The position numbers and the translations under genes are program-made. A stretch of DNA of 64,000 nucleotides, taken from the NCBI RefSeq assembly GCF_033153115.1, contig NW_026889753.1, positions 11,656,001 to 11,720,000 on the forward strand, given 5' to 3'. Origin of the DNA: Saccostrea echinata. Taxonomy: Eukaryota. Shown piece after piece: positions 38,911 through 52,786 of this stretch. The stretch's first letter is position 1, and each line of letters begins with the position of its first letter. The notes under the pieces are model-generated. The model saw only the letters and a program-made list of their open reading frames with translations, made no database searches and was not told where the DNA came from.

Positions 38911-40755
38911 TTAAGTTTTTGTCACTAGATTTTCATAAACATCTAAAAATCCATTCTCAAATTCTGTATCTGAAAATTTCTGGACAGAGACTCTAGCACA
39001 ATGTTGGATTTCTGTCCTTTCTTGCTCTGACAGTTTGAAAATTTTAGACATGTAGCTGGCATAGGAGTCCACATCAGATGCTAGGAATCCTGTAGGCTGA
39101 CCATTCACAGGTACAACAATATCTAGCTTAGGTCCACCTGAATCGTGAGCCAGTACGATACATCCTGCTGCCATTAACTCCACCACACCTAGAATTGAAT
39201 GAAAGCTATACATATAGGTGGTAGGCATACTATAGGACTATGGCACGCTTTGCAAGGATTTCATGTAGGCACTATTATCTGTAATACCCGGTACATTTTT
39301 TGCCTGACAGTCACAGAATAATGCAGCTCTTTCTATACTAAGATACTGAACATGTATAACAGACCACATAAGAATATGATTGTTATTTTTTGCACATGTT
39401 ATTCTTAAATCACCCTCTTACATGTTTAATCTTACCTATTCCAAAGTGTTCGTTCCACATGGTATGTAGGCCAACCACTGAGGTAGACATGAGAGATTTT
39501 AACTCATCAAAGCTGACATTGAGCTTAAACTCCACGTTGTCCACGATATCCAAATCTGTGCACATCTTCCGTAGAGCATCCACTCTCTCTCTGTCACCTT
39601 GGTTACGACAGCTTCCAACTAACAGCAGTTTGTAAAGGGGTTTCTGATCTATAGTGACGGTTGAAATGAATTTATGAAATGATTTAATTTGTAATGGGTG
39701 ATCCTTCTCTGGTCTGAACTGTGATATTGACAAAATGTGATTAGACCGCTTGCAATCCAGAGGTATTTTCACAAATTCATTAATGTCACAGGGAGGATAC
39801 ACTATATGTGTCCTATCTTCCATTTGCCACAATTGTTTAATGTGACCAAATGTCCAGGTAGAGTTCACAATGGCTACATGGCAACTTCTTCCTGCCCAAC
39901 CAAACAGAAGTGCAAAAAGTTTGTAGTACTGCACCTTAAGAGTGGACAGAAACCAACTCCTGGTGATAAATGAGGGGTTATTGTGTCCCTCCCTTCGACT
40001 AGACACCTTCTCTAGCATATCTGTACTGACTGTTGGGTAGTGAACATAACATCCTACACGACAGTTTCCTAGATAACGGAATAAAGGAAAGGTAAAAGCA
40101 TAGCCCATACTATCAATGTAAATGTCTGGTACACACTTCCACAGTGCCTCCCATCCCAGCAGTACTGACCCCAGGCTCTGTCCCAACAGAGTCAGGTAGG
40201 GGTACATATAAGCCTCCACCCATCTACGTCTTGTCAGGAATATAAAATTGATGGGGCGCTGGAGCACAATGTTGAAGCGTTGATGGGCTCGCTGCATAAT
40301 CTCTCCAGGGGAGGCATCAGTGTCTCCGGTGTATACCACTACAACAACTGAGGGATACCTGGGTAAAATATTTCTGTTATTTAAACATACATTTCAGAAT
40401 GGGCATATTTACATGGTTTTGAAAATGCTCATAATAATGTTTGATAAAAAATCTTTATTTTGACCAAATTAAATTGAAATGTGATTTATTTCCTTGTTTT
40501 CTTTCCTTTGAAAAAGAAATCTTCATTACAATGCTTTTGAGTCCTTATATCATTGTACAAAACTTGTTGAGAAACTTGCTATTATATTTGTCAGCCCAGC
40601 TGAAAAGATCTGTATCTCCAGCTTAATAGCAGACAGCTTACCGGTATACATTTTTCTGAATTCTTCCAATAGCCTGTCTGTCTGTACCACTTACTTTTAC
40701 TGTATTACCCTGAAAGCCTATCTGTATCATGCAGGCACAAATCCAGGAAATTTTT

Positions 40756-40799
<44 letters not shown>

Positions 40800-42015
40800 T
40801 CCAACCCAGTCAAAAAAAAAACTCCTATCCAGAAATTTCTTGACATTGAAGCAAAATTAAAAAAAAAAGAGAGTAAAATCCATTAGCCAAACGTGAAAAA
40901 CCCTATTTGTGGTGGTGATAGTGGGGTCCATGTTTTCGGAGTGGGGGTGGGGGCTGGGTGGGTCCAAAGTAATTTTTTATTTGCTTTATTATATACTTTT
41001 AATAACTCTGCAAATTCCAGGGGGGGGGGGGGTGGACCCCCAGACCCCCCTCTAGATCTGCGCATGCTGTATGTATCACATTCTTTTTTTGTATCGTTCT
41101 GACAGCCTGTCTGTCTGTACAAATTACACTGACAGCCTATTTGTCAGTATCAATGTCTTTTTCTGTATTGCCCTGACAGCCTGTTAGTCTTTATTAATCA
41201 CTTTTTTTGTATTGCCCTGACAGTCTGTACCACTTACTTTTTCTGTATTGCCCTAACAGCCTGTTTGTATCTCTTTTTCTGTATTGCCCCAACATCCTGT
41301 TTATATCACTTTTTCTGTATTGCCCTAACCTGTATGTCTGTACCACTTGACTTACTTTTTCTGTATTGCCCTGACAGCCTCTTTGTCTGTATCACTTACT
41401 TTTTCTGTATTGCCCTGACAGTCTGTATGTCTGCACCACTTACTTTTTCTGTATTGCCCTGACAGCCTGTTTGTCTGTATCACTTACTTTTTCTGTATTG
41501 CCCTGACGGTTTGTATGTCTGCACCACTTACTTTTTCAGTACTGTTCCGATGGCCTGTCTGTCTGTATCACTTACTTTTTTTGATATTGCTCTGACCGCC
41601 TATTTGTCTGTACCATTTACTTTTTCTGTATTGCCCTCGGACAACCTGTTTGTCTTTATAACTTACTTTTTCTGTATTGCCCTGACAGCCTGCTTGTCTG
41701 TAATACTTACTTTTTCTGCATTGCCCTGACACTCTTTTTGTCTTTACCACTTACTTTTTCTGTATTGCTTGACAGCCTGTTTGTCTGTATCACTTACTTT
41801 TTCTGTATTGCCCTGATTGCCACCCAGAGGACTCTTTCCCCTCCCCCTCCAGCATTACAGTAAGGATGGAAAAAGCCAATCACACTCTTCCCGTTGACAG
41901 AAGCTTTGTAGGTCCTCCTCCTCTTTGTAAGCCATATTCTCAGAAGTAAAACAGTCAGTGTCAGAAGACTTATACAGCTGAGGACAGCATATAGTAACCA
42001 TAGTAAAACAGCCAT
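38911..42015 (-). CDS. ALG11: GDP-Man:Man3GlcNAc2-PP-Dol alpha-1,2-mannosyltransferase, 472 aa
   Basis: Exons 41798-42015, 39436-40358 and 38911-39188 join in phase; motifs [64 protein letters not shown]. Confidence 0.97.
41085..41816 (-). repeat. 44-bp tandem array of ALG11 exon end plus donor
   Basis: About 16 copies of CAGGGCAATACAGAAAAA|GTAAGTGATACAGACAAACAGGCTGT; a stray copy near 40670-40730. Confidence 0.9.
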
Positions 42016-43040
42016 CCTGAAATAAAAAAAAATATCTGAAATGTAAAGTGATATTAACTGACAATATTGTGCTTGAGGACAGGTAACCTTAATTAATTGG
42101 TAGAGATTCTTTGGACTGACGCCTTCACCTAATCCAAATATCTAGCTGAGCCAAATCTCCGCCAAGATTAGAGGACAGGTACAGTAAGGCCTCTTCCTTA
42201 CCATCTTCAGACATATAACGTATACAGAAATGATTAATGTTTATTTAATTATTATATTATCATATAAATTTATGATATTTTAATGTGATCATACTGATAT
42301 GATTGTAAATGCCCCCTGAGGGTCCTTACATTCTATATATATCGTAATAACTGCTGTAAGAATTAAATAAGAAATACTTTGACAGGATCAAACTGCCTTG
42401 TACAGCGTTGTAAAATGTTTTCGGTACCCCCCCCCCCCCCCTTTTTTCACACATGCACACCTCAACACCGACTTCCTTCAACCACTCGAGCAAAAACTTA
42501 ACAAACCTGGCAATAAAACTTTAAATAATTCACCAAAGAGTTAAGCGATTATAGGCGACTAAACTCGCATCTTCTGAAAGGCGACATTTATTCATCATTT
42601 TAAATTCCACGTATGCGAAAACATGTAACACAAAGTCTACTTTCACTTTGCGGGATCACTTCCGATTGAGACCTCAGTGCAGACAAAGATCACAGAAAGC
42701 TGTCAACACATCGCTTGTTGCGAACCTGAGAGTTCTTCTTTAACAGCATTTTTTTTTTCATAGTTAAAGCGACCTGGGACGGTTATATGACCATCTCTCA
42801 CTTTTGCCAGAGGACTCGTACACACGTGCGTAATTCACTAGGTCACTGAAGCATGTCACATAAATAAACAAATGCACGAGATGGTACATTTGTAAATAAG
42901 TAAGTATTTTTTCCACACTATTTTACTCCCTTTTATGTTTTTGAAAAATGCAAAATAAAAATTATCGTTATATTCCTAATGTTTTGAAGCAACACTATAT
43001 GATCTGATGATCATGATGATTGTTGAACTTTTTTTTGTAT

Positions 43041-43188
43041 NNNNNNNNNNNNNNNNNNNNNNNNNNNNNNNNNNNNNNNNNNNNNNNNNNNNNNNNNNNN
43101 NNNNNNNNNNNNNNNNNNNNNNNNNNNNNNNNNNNNNNNNNNNNNNNNNNNNNNNNNNNNNNNNNNNNNNNNNNNNNNNNNNNNNNNN
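43041..43188. other. Assembly gap (N run)
   Basis: 148 N bases. Confidence 1.
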
Positions 43189-43810
43189 AATTATATAAAT
43201 GTGTTATTAAAAAAAAAAAAATGAATGAAGATGCCTTGATGTCGGTCAGACAATCTCCGTCTCTACTTTATCTTTGCTTTCATTTGCCATTTAAACATGG
43301 TGACCAAACATGAATAATAATAAATAACCAAACCAAGCATGGACAGAAAGATAAGAATATCATTGAGAGTCCAAAATTTTCAATTAAGAAAATTAATGAT
43401 TTCAGATTTTTTTTTTTTTGACTTGACAATTATTTAAAATACCAAAATGGAAATGTATTAATACATGTCAGCTGAAAATTCTACTATTAGTGAATAAGAA
43501 GTGAAATAAATTGAAGAGCCTTATTCCGCAAATGACCACAAATAATTTTTCGACAGCTCTAAATCCAGAATTGTCATTCTTGTAATGATCTTGTAGAGCA
43601 GTGGTTACACAAATTGTCTTGACTGTTGACGATTCAAGTCAGCATCAATATCAGTTAGTAGTTAGAACAATCTAACTGTGTCTCGGGACAGGCCCTCACC
43701 ACAGTTAAACCGGGTCCGTAGGACATTTATCATTTTAACGATAAAACATTATATCTATGATATCAGCTCTGTTCACTTGAAACTTCTGGCACAACATATT
43801 GACACCTTTA

Positions 43811-44592
43811 CAGGGTTTGACACTTACTAAAGGCACGTCCGACCGACCCAATCTAGTAAATGAGTGGTCCGGTCGTGTAAAATGTACGTTAACTAGACCG
43901 ATTGGTCGTGTTCATAAAATAACTGTTAAACCACATTTCAGTCTTCCAAATAAATATTCAAAGAACTTTTTTAAAGAAATTTTGTCCGATTGAAAACACT
44001 GTAAAGAAAAAAAATCCCCATATGACACAATTGCTATTTTTAGCCATAGGCACCTGAAGTGTGCATCGACACCCCCATATTGATTTTAAAAAATAGAAAG
44101 AGTTTATAATTTCTCAAAAGTATTGTATTTCCTTTTCAATCAAACTCATATTTTGTTTCATGCAAGTAGATTGTACTTTTTCTCACGTGTAGAGATTGGC
44201 CATGAAAATACAGTAACCAGTGGTTACGGCTGTAAATGTAATAGACAAGTCAGGGTAGATACTAGAGTCGTTCAGTATCAATATGGTATAAAAAGTTACT
44301 GAAAAAATATGTTCTGTAATTAATTTATTTTTATTTAGGATAAAAATTTTGTTAAAGTTCATTGCTTACAATAGTCCCATGTTGTGATTAGCCAGACTTT
44401 ATTGGCTAAGTCTGTCAAAATCTTGACACGCTCGAGAGACGACACTTCAAAATTACATCATTAAAATTGGCGATTATAAAAATTAAATTTGTTTGTTTGG
44501 TCAGGGCTAGCGATTTTTGGGTCAGGGCTAGTAAAAATTATGGGAAGTAGCCCGACTGGACTAGTACTTGTAAAAGTTAATGTCAAACCCTG
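43811..44592. mobile_element. CAGGG-terminated MITE with 5-bp TSD
   Basis: CAGGGTTTGACA...TGTCAAACCCTG, TSD CTTTA. Confidence 0.8.
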
Positions 44593-45164
44593 CTTTATTG
44601 TAAAGATGCAATATTGCCTAGCAATCTGAGAATTTTTTGTTTGTTTGTATAATTGCAAAAATACTTGGAATCAAAAATTATAACTTTTCATCAGTAAAAA
44701 AATGGCAATAAAAACATTGAATGTTGCAAAAAATGACCTCTTTCATACTGCAATCATCTTGCATCATAATAATGGCTCTCTCATGCTCATCTGTGAGCAT
44801 ACGCTGCATTTTATTCGAAATGTTTTTTTTTTTTGCAAAAGAACTGTTTAAAGAAATCAAAACAAAAATCAAATAAAAAATTCTTTTTACAATGGATGAG
44901 CACAATTTTTTCATTCATGTTAAAATTATCATGGTTCTATAGATTTTTCAGCGATTTCATTTTTGGTCCTAATTAATTGATACCTAGTGTAAATGTTGAT
45001 ATTGTTCTGCCATATACAACAGATGCTATTGAAAAAAATAGAGTAGTGGGTTAGAAATTTTGATTGTTATATATGAACCATTATGAAATAATAATTGTAT
45101 CAGTGAGATTTATAATCAAGTACCATTATGAATTAATTTATGAGCCAGTGAGATTAACTAATGA

Positions 45165-46306
45165 GATTAAGGCAGCTGGGCCTGATGGAATCCCTCTAGA
45201 AGCTCTTAGGGCAGACATAAAGACATCAGCAGATATGTTACTACCTCTCCTGCAGAAGATCTGGTTAGAGGGGAAGGTACCAGTTGACTGGAAAAAAGGA
45301 TATTTAGGGAAGCTCCCCAAGAAAGGAGACCTGGGGCAATGCAAGAACTGGCGTGGCATCATGCTTCTCTCTGTCCCAAGCAAGATCCTGACAAGAATAA
45401 TACTGGAAAGACTTAAATATGCCATAGAAGAACGACTTCATCCAGAACAGGCAGGCTTTAGAAAGGACAAGTCCTGTACACACCAGATCGCCACTCTCCG
45501 TATGATAATTGAACAGTCATTAGAGTGGCAGTCAACACTGTATCTGAACTTCATTGACTTTGAAAAGGCCTTTGAAAAGTCATCTGGAAACTACTCCAGC
45601 ATTATGGAACACCACCTACCTTCATCAACCTCATACAACAATTGTATGACGAGGCTACATGCCAAGTCATCCACAACGGTAAGCTTACAGAAGCCTTTGA
45701 GGTGCGAACAGGGGTAAGACAAGGCTGTCTACTGTCACCGATGATTTTCCTAGTGGTGGTGGACTGGATCATGCGGGAAACAACTAGAGATAGCAAGACA
45801 GGAGTCCAGTGGACTTTCACTCAGTGTTTCCCAGAAATATGAGCACATGCAGCTCAAGACAGATAGCAAAGACAGGTCTTCGGGTCAACATTGACAAGAC
45901 AGAGGTAATGCGACTCCTCAACAAACAGCAAACACCAATCATGCTTGGAGAGCATAACCTGAAAGACATAGACACCTTTACATACTTAGGCAGCAATGTC
46001 TCAGCCACTGGTGGAACAGATGAAGACATAAAAGCAAGGATTAATAAAGCACAACACGCCTTCATCACCCTCAAGCCTGTGTGGAGATCAACAGCACTGT
46101 CCACATGTTTCAAACTCCGTATATATAACAGTAATGTTATTAAGTCTGTGCTCCTCTACGGATCCAAAACAACACCTCCAACAAACTACAAACCTTCACA
46201 AACAGATGTCTGCGCCACATACTAAACATCAGGTGGCCAGAAAAGATAAGTAGTAAGAGCCTGTGGAAAGCAACAAATCAAGACCTGATCACTCAGCAAA
46301 TAGCAA
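45165..46306 (+). mobile_element. Decayed RTE-like LINE reverse transcriptase fragment
   Basis: KAAGPDGIP, KKGDL..CKNWRGIMLLS, EQAGFR, FIDFEKAF, GVRQGCLLSP, FTYLGS across frameshifts; the YADD region is missing. Confidence 0.9.
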
Positions 46307-46309
46307 GTA

Positions 46310-47335
46310 GAATTCATGAGCCAGTGAGATTTACCATGTGGCTATATGAGTGAATTCATGAGCCAGTGAGGTTAACCATGTAGCTATATGATTTAATTCA
46401 TGAGCAAGTGAGATTTAGCATGTGGCTATATGAATTAATTCATGAGCCAGTGAGGTTTCCCATGTGGCTGTATGAGTTAATTCTTGAGCCAGTGAGATTA
46501 ACCATGTGGCTATATGAATTAATTCATGAGCCAGTGAGATTTACCATGTGGCTATATGAGTTAATTCATGAGCCAGTGAGATTTACCATGTAGCTTTATG
46601 AGTTAATGCATGAGCCAGTGAGATTTACCATGTAGCTATGCGAGTTAATTCATGAGCAAGTGAGATTTAGCATGTGGCTATATGAATTAATTCATGAGCC
46701 AGTGAGGTTTACCATGTGGCTATATGAGTTAATTCAAGAGCCAGTGAGATTAACCATGTGGCTATATGAATTAATTCATGAGCCAGTGAGATTTACCATG
46801 TAGCTTTATGAATAATTCATGAGCCAGTGAGATTAAGCATGTGGCTATATGAATTAATTCATGAGCCAGTGAGGTTAACCATGTGGCTATATGTTTTAAT
46901 TCATGAGCCAGTGAGATTTACCATGTCCCCATTATGAATTAATTCATTAGCCAGTGCGATTTACCATGTAGCTTTATGAGTTAATTCATGAGCCAGTGAG
47001 ATTAACCGTGTAGCTTATGAGTTAATTCATGAGCCAGTGAGATTTACCATTTACCATTATGATTTAATTCATGAGCCAGTGAGATTTAGCATGTGGCTAT
47101 ATGAATTAATTCATGAGCCAGTGAGATTTAGCATGTGGCTATATGAATTAATTCATGAGCCAGTGAGATTTACCATGTACCCATATGACTTAATTCATGA
47201 GCCAGTGAGATTTACCATGTGGCTATACGAGTTAATGCATGGGCCAGTGAGATTTACCATGTACCCATATGAGTTAATTCATGGGCCAGCAAGATTAGCC
47301 ATGTACCATTAATATGGAATCCAGTGAGATATGAC
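46310..47335. repeat. 42-bp minisatellite
   Basis: About 24 copies of ATGTGGCTATATGAATTAATTCATGAGCCAGTGAGATTTACC; two further units at ~45075-45160. Confidence 0.92.
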
Positions 47336-49365
47336 ATGAAGCTGGAAAACTAGAAGAAAATACTGGTGCTTTTGTGATTTTATTAGTGAACCTTTTCACA
47401 AAATCTTCAAATAAGATGAAAGAAAATTCAATTCTCTAACAATTACCAAGATTTAGTAGGTAAAAAAAAAAGTTTTACCTTTTCTACTACATTAGAATGT
47501 ATTGTGAATAATCTTGCAGAGAAAAAATTACATCAATCCTTATTAAACAAATGATTAAATATAAAGGTGTCAAATCCTATAGTAGTTAGATTTTTTTGTG
47601 AATATGAACACAGGCCTTAATTGATATCAAGGAAAGAATAATAAGAAATTAATGATTATGACTTTCCCCTTCTCTTACTGTAGCAAAGTAATAATGTGAC
47701 ATTATTGACCCAACAATGCTAAGTCTTATTTCTTGCACAAGCCACTCTTATTGGTTTCCTATTATATCTAGGTTACCTCATGGATAATCAGAATTGGCTC
47801 TTTAGAACATTTCGCACTGAATTTTTACCATACCTCAGTCCATTAGGATTTTCAGTCATCAGCATTGTTGTTTCTTTTGAGCAATTTAACCCAATGATCC
47901 AATCAAAATAAAATCTGAAAAGTGTTTAAATTACACCTATATAGTGACTGATAATTTAAAGGGGCAGTTAAAGTGTTTTACACAGGGAGGTGTCTAATGT
48001 TCTTTTTGTGATTTTAGCTCATCACATTGAACGGAAGAGGAGTTGGACAAAGGATCGCAGATCGACAGGGATGTTCACTGATCACATGACCAGCAGATGT
48101 TACCATGCTCCTTTGTTTGATGGTCTGATAGATATTCAGAGTTTCTGATGGAGAGAATCAAATGTGTATCAGCTACATGTAGGTCATAATTCCCAGCATG
48201 GAACAAAGCATTTCATCTCGAGTAACATTCCCAGAAAGACCTATGTCCTACAGTTAAAAAAGAAAAAAGAAGGTAAGAGAAAAAATGAATTGACTTTTTA
48301 TTTAAAGTCTGTAATATTCATATTGACAATATTTAGAAATTTCAGTCCCAGGAAGATTTCCTTTTAGTATCTTGCAGACATTAATTAAAATATATATTGG
48401 ATGTGCATAATAACACTTGGGATAATTTGATACCCAAAGCACATCTGATGATGACTTTTTAAATAAATGAATATTGATTACCAATATCCACTAGCAATAT
48501 GAGAAGTTTGTTTTAATAAAAAATTCATTTTAGCAGGAATATTAAGAATTGTACAATTGGATTAACATAATTAGCAAAAGAATGGTATTATATGAGATAT
48601 TTGATACTTTTGCATCTATTGGTACCAATAAACCTCCGACGTATTTTTAATACCTTGCAGCTTTAGATAAATTGTGGGAGAAGAAAACAAGTGCATTATA
48701 AACATGATAAAGAATACAATACATGTACTATTATTCTTGATTAATTTTAAAAAGTGAATTCAGTATTTTGGGTAACTTTTAAATCTTAGTCATTGTATAA
48801 TTTTTATATTAACTTTAAAGAAGTAATTTTGTGACACAAGTTTATAGATAAATTACACAATATATGACAAGTGTATAGATATATTATGTAGAGCACCTGT
48901 ACAAGTGTTATTACTCGCTCGTCCATGGTGTCATTCAACCTACTTTCACCTTTGTGTCTGTACATTATAATCTATTTAAATTTTTTTGTGTTGGAATTAA
49001 GTGCAGGATTTCATTTAATGAGGCGTGGTATCATGTATGTATGGGAAATGTGTTTGGCTGTGTACGGACAGGTTCCTTTATACTCCATTGGTGGTATTAA
49101 TTTAATTAATTCAAAAAATTAATTACAGTTCTCGTTAACCTCCTGTCTACATAAAAGTTGTACCTCATTAATCTTGGCTGAAGGGACTGTTTATTTACTG
49201 GATTTGTTTACTGGACGAAGAAATCACCTGTGGGTTATGGGACATATAACCACAAGGTTTTTTTTCTTTATTTATACGAGTGTAGTGGATTAGCTTGTGT
49301 TTACTTGTGGGTTGTTACTTAGCCAGAGACTCTCTACTGTGTATTGGTTCTGTGGTGATGACATA

Positions 49366-51723
49366 ATGGGAGATAATCCAGGCCATGTTAATCCTGATCC
49401 TCCACAAGAGGAACAAAATCTGGACGTGGATGAATCGGTCACTCTGGCGCCAAACTCCTCAAAGGTAGTTCTCAATACAGGTGTTACAATTAGAACAGGT
49501 GTATAGAGGTTAAGTTCTCTGTGGATAAGGGACTTACCTCTAAGTAGACTGACCACTATTGTAGGTTTTAAGTTACCAAAAAAGCACTGGACAGAGGAAT
49601 GAGTTATTTGACATGACGATGGATAATTGATCGCCAGGTGACAAAGTATGGCTGATTTAATTGGAAGATCTAGACTGGGCAGTGGTGAAAAGGTCACAAA
49701 TAGGAATTAGAATCGATGACACTCACATACAGAGAAATACTGGAATAATATGTATATATTTAAGGAGTTATTACTGTGTTTACTGTCAATATGATCTAAA
49801 GTAAAGTCCAACCTTCTGATAAGAATAAGTGTCAGGAATCGGACAAAACAGAACCTTAATTACACAAATATTTGCTTAACCAGGGATATGAAAGTGGAAC
49901 GTTTTGTGTAATTAAAGGTATTTTTGGAATTTTTTGAAGAGTGTAACTATTCCATAGCATTTGTGTCTCTGTCAGTAAAAGCTGCCTTACATAATTTAAG
50001 AAATCCTTGAAGTTCTAATAATTACAGACAATTTGACAGCCTATTACTCAGATGTTATTGTGTGTAGGAGAAATTACTATGTTTAACATGTTTAAATGAT
50101 ATTGCTGATTGATCACAGGTAAGAAATCCAGGTAAACCAGTACAGGTAATATATAGCAAAGATCAATGAAAATGAAAAGTTCTGATTGGTATAAAAGGCA
50201 TTTTTCAGTTGATGTGAATCTGTTTTCAGCTACCAGATTTATAAATGTACAAAGTGCTATTGTTGATGTAAAAAATGCATGATTTAATGCCTCTTGATGT
50301 AAAAATGATTGAGTTTCTTATTTCTCCAGTGATTTGGTTGTACATGTAAATAAATACAGGTCATGGCTATAATTGAACATTTGATTGCAGACTTCAATTA
50401 AGTATTCATAAATTTAACAGTTTGTGTTGGAGAACATATTTTTCCAGTTCATTAATTATTGTTACTTTTTTTCAGAAAATGGAGGAAAATATGGACGTTC
50501 CTGTGGATGGTGATGTTTTACGGGATGAGGTAAACTTTATTCACAATGTGTCACAGTTCTTTAATCAGGAGGCACTAAGTGATGTACAACTGAAAGTTGG
50601 AGAGAGCATTTTCTTTGCTCACAAATTTGTTCTGGCAAAGTCTAGTGATGTGTTTCGAACCATGCTTTATGAGAGTCGCTGGTCTCAGGAAAACATGAAG
50701 GAAATCGAACTCAGTGAAACAAAAGAATGTCAACCTGTGTTTGAAAAATTCCTGAAATTTCTCTATACAGCTGAAGTTGCAGTTACTGTGGAAACAGCTG
50801 TTGGAATTTTGTGCTTGGCAGACAAATATAATGTCACCTCCCTAAAACGACTGTGCACAAATTACATGGTGGAGTACGCCCGATCTCCAGAAATTAAAAA
50901 TGCTGTGCAGTGGTACCCCTGGTCCAAAGCTCTAGGACTGACAGACCTGATTGATCAGTGTGCAAAAACAATAGCCTGGAACTCTGACAACCTTCTGAAG
51001 CTTGAGGAATGGAAGTCCATGGATTTTGATTTTGTGTATGACATGTTAAAGAACTCAGAACTGGTCATTCCCAATGAATATGTGTTGTTTAATTCACTCC
51101 TCACCTGGTTAAACCATGAGGCTAATCTGCCACAATTAAAAGAAAATGCAGCGAAGTTGCTTCCCTTGATTCGGTTTCCACAGATGATGGTCAGTCAGTT
51201 ATACGAGATAGAGAACTCTGCAATATCAGAGAAAGAGGAATGTAAAGCCCTAATTCTGGCTTTGGTTGGAAAAGCATACAGATTCCGATCTCTTTGTCCC
51301 ACCCAGGTGGAGCTTAACATCTCGTTCAGCGATCCATTTTACATGCCTAGAAATTACACTGACTTGGCAGTGGATACTGTTAGAATGCAGAACACTCTAC
51401 GCTTTGGAATTCAGGTGGATGTGAGGACTTATGCAGGACCAGTACCGACAGATAAAAGAGAAGGAGAGTGGAAAATCACGTATCGCAAAAATGGAGACAA
51501 CTGGACACTTCAGATCTTCTGCCACGATTCAGCAACAGTGAATGGGGAGGCGAGGGTCCAGGCAGCTGTTATAGTATTTGATGAAGAGGAAAATGTTATT
51601 CAAGTGGAACAAGTTCCCACATACACTTGTTCCCGTGGCAACCATTTGGCCTTGAACATCAATGTGGATAATTTTGCCGACTCCAAAGTTATGGCTGTCA
51701 TTCTAAAGCCAGTGCCAATCTAA
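49366..51723 (+). CDS. BTB/POZ-BACK domain protein (BTBD17-like)
   Basis: Main exon 50476-51723 with SDVQLKVG..AHKFVLAKSSDVFRTML, ADKYNV and BACK motif LLPLIRFPQM; probable in-phase upstream exon 49366-49464 (otherwise the start is ATG 50479). Confidence 0.88.
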
Positions 51724-51955
51724 CTTATTTAATCATGTGTTTCAGTCAATCTCTGACATTTTACTACATTGTATTGGCCCTTACACATATCTGTTGTATC
51801 GAGTGGAAATTCATGGGTATTTTACTGTATTGATCATGTATTTATAACTATGGTGTTAGATATGGAATATATGTGAATTACTTTTTGTGCAGTATTACTA
51901 CTGGTATTATGTATTTGACCATTTGTGATAATATTATATATATATATATATATAC

Positions 51956-52786
51956 TAGGGATGTCAAAATATTTATTTTCCTTAGTCGATCATTCGATTG
52001 CATTATTCGAACGATAGTCGAATATTCGGAACATTTTCTGAAAATAAAATTTTATTTCATACTTCTTTGGTACATACTCAGAAACCTTTTTACTTAAATC
52101 TATTTAAAAAGTAACATCAAAATTAATGCAACGTAACGCGTGGATAGCATGATTCTATGAAATAAATTTAGAAATCTAATTCTTCAAAATTTGTTATTTC
52201 CCCATGAATAGAATTCATAAATCGGCCTGTACATGCGGTCATTTTTTTTATCTAGTAAGCATTAAAAAATTGCCAGCCGATATTTTTTAAACCTTATTAT
52301 GAAATAAAATGGAGGGGGGGGGGGGGCTATCAAAATGTCCTCAAACAGTTTAAAATGTATAAGCGCATTGTTTTAATAATTATCGATGTATCAAAACAGG
52401 TTTATTCCTTGCATTTGAGCAAACTTAAAATAACAAAAGATAATTGTCCAATGAATAATTTTACAAACAAAGCCCATTATATTGGTTAATTTATTACAAA
52501 AACAACTCAGGCTGTTACTGACAATTAATTCTCGCAGAAGTGAAGCATTTATAATTGCTGTACTTTCTATACGTACATAGAAAATCTACCGTTTTTTTTG
52601 TTTAGGAAAATTATCGACTGTCTATGAGAAAAGACTGTTTCTCATTTTTTGATGAGAATTCCATCTCATCTATCACTCATATATTGCATTTATTTAGTTA
52701 AAATAATATTTGAATGTCGTTTCATTATTTGATCGTCGGTCCATTCGACTGATAGTCGAATAGTCGACTATTCGTTGACATCCCTA
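51956..52786. mobile_element. hAT-like MITE
   Basis: TAGGGATGTCAA...TTGACATCCCTA, imperfect 8-bp TSD ATATATAC/ATATACAC. Confidence 0.75.

Noticed and set aside
43007-43313. ORFs spanning X residues
   Set aside because: Artefacts of the N gap.
46310-47335. CRISPR-like array or repeat-protein ORFs
   Set aside because: Contiguous units without unique spacers, frequent stops, eukaryotic context and no cas genes.
48018-48272. Coding upstream exon of the BTB gene
   Set aside because: It has splice signals, but the frame in phase with exon 50476 contains TAA; at most a 5' UTR exon.
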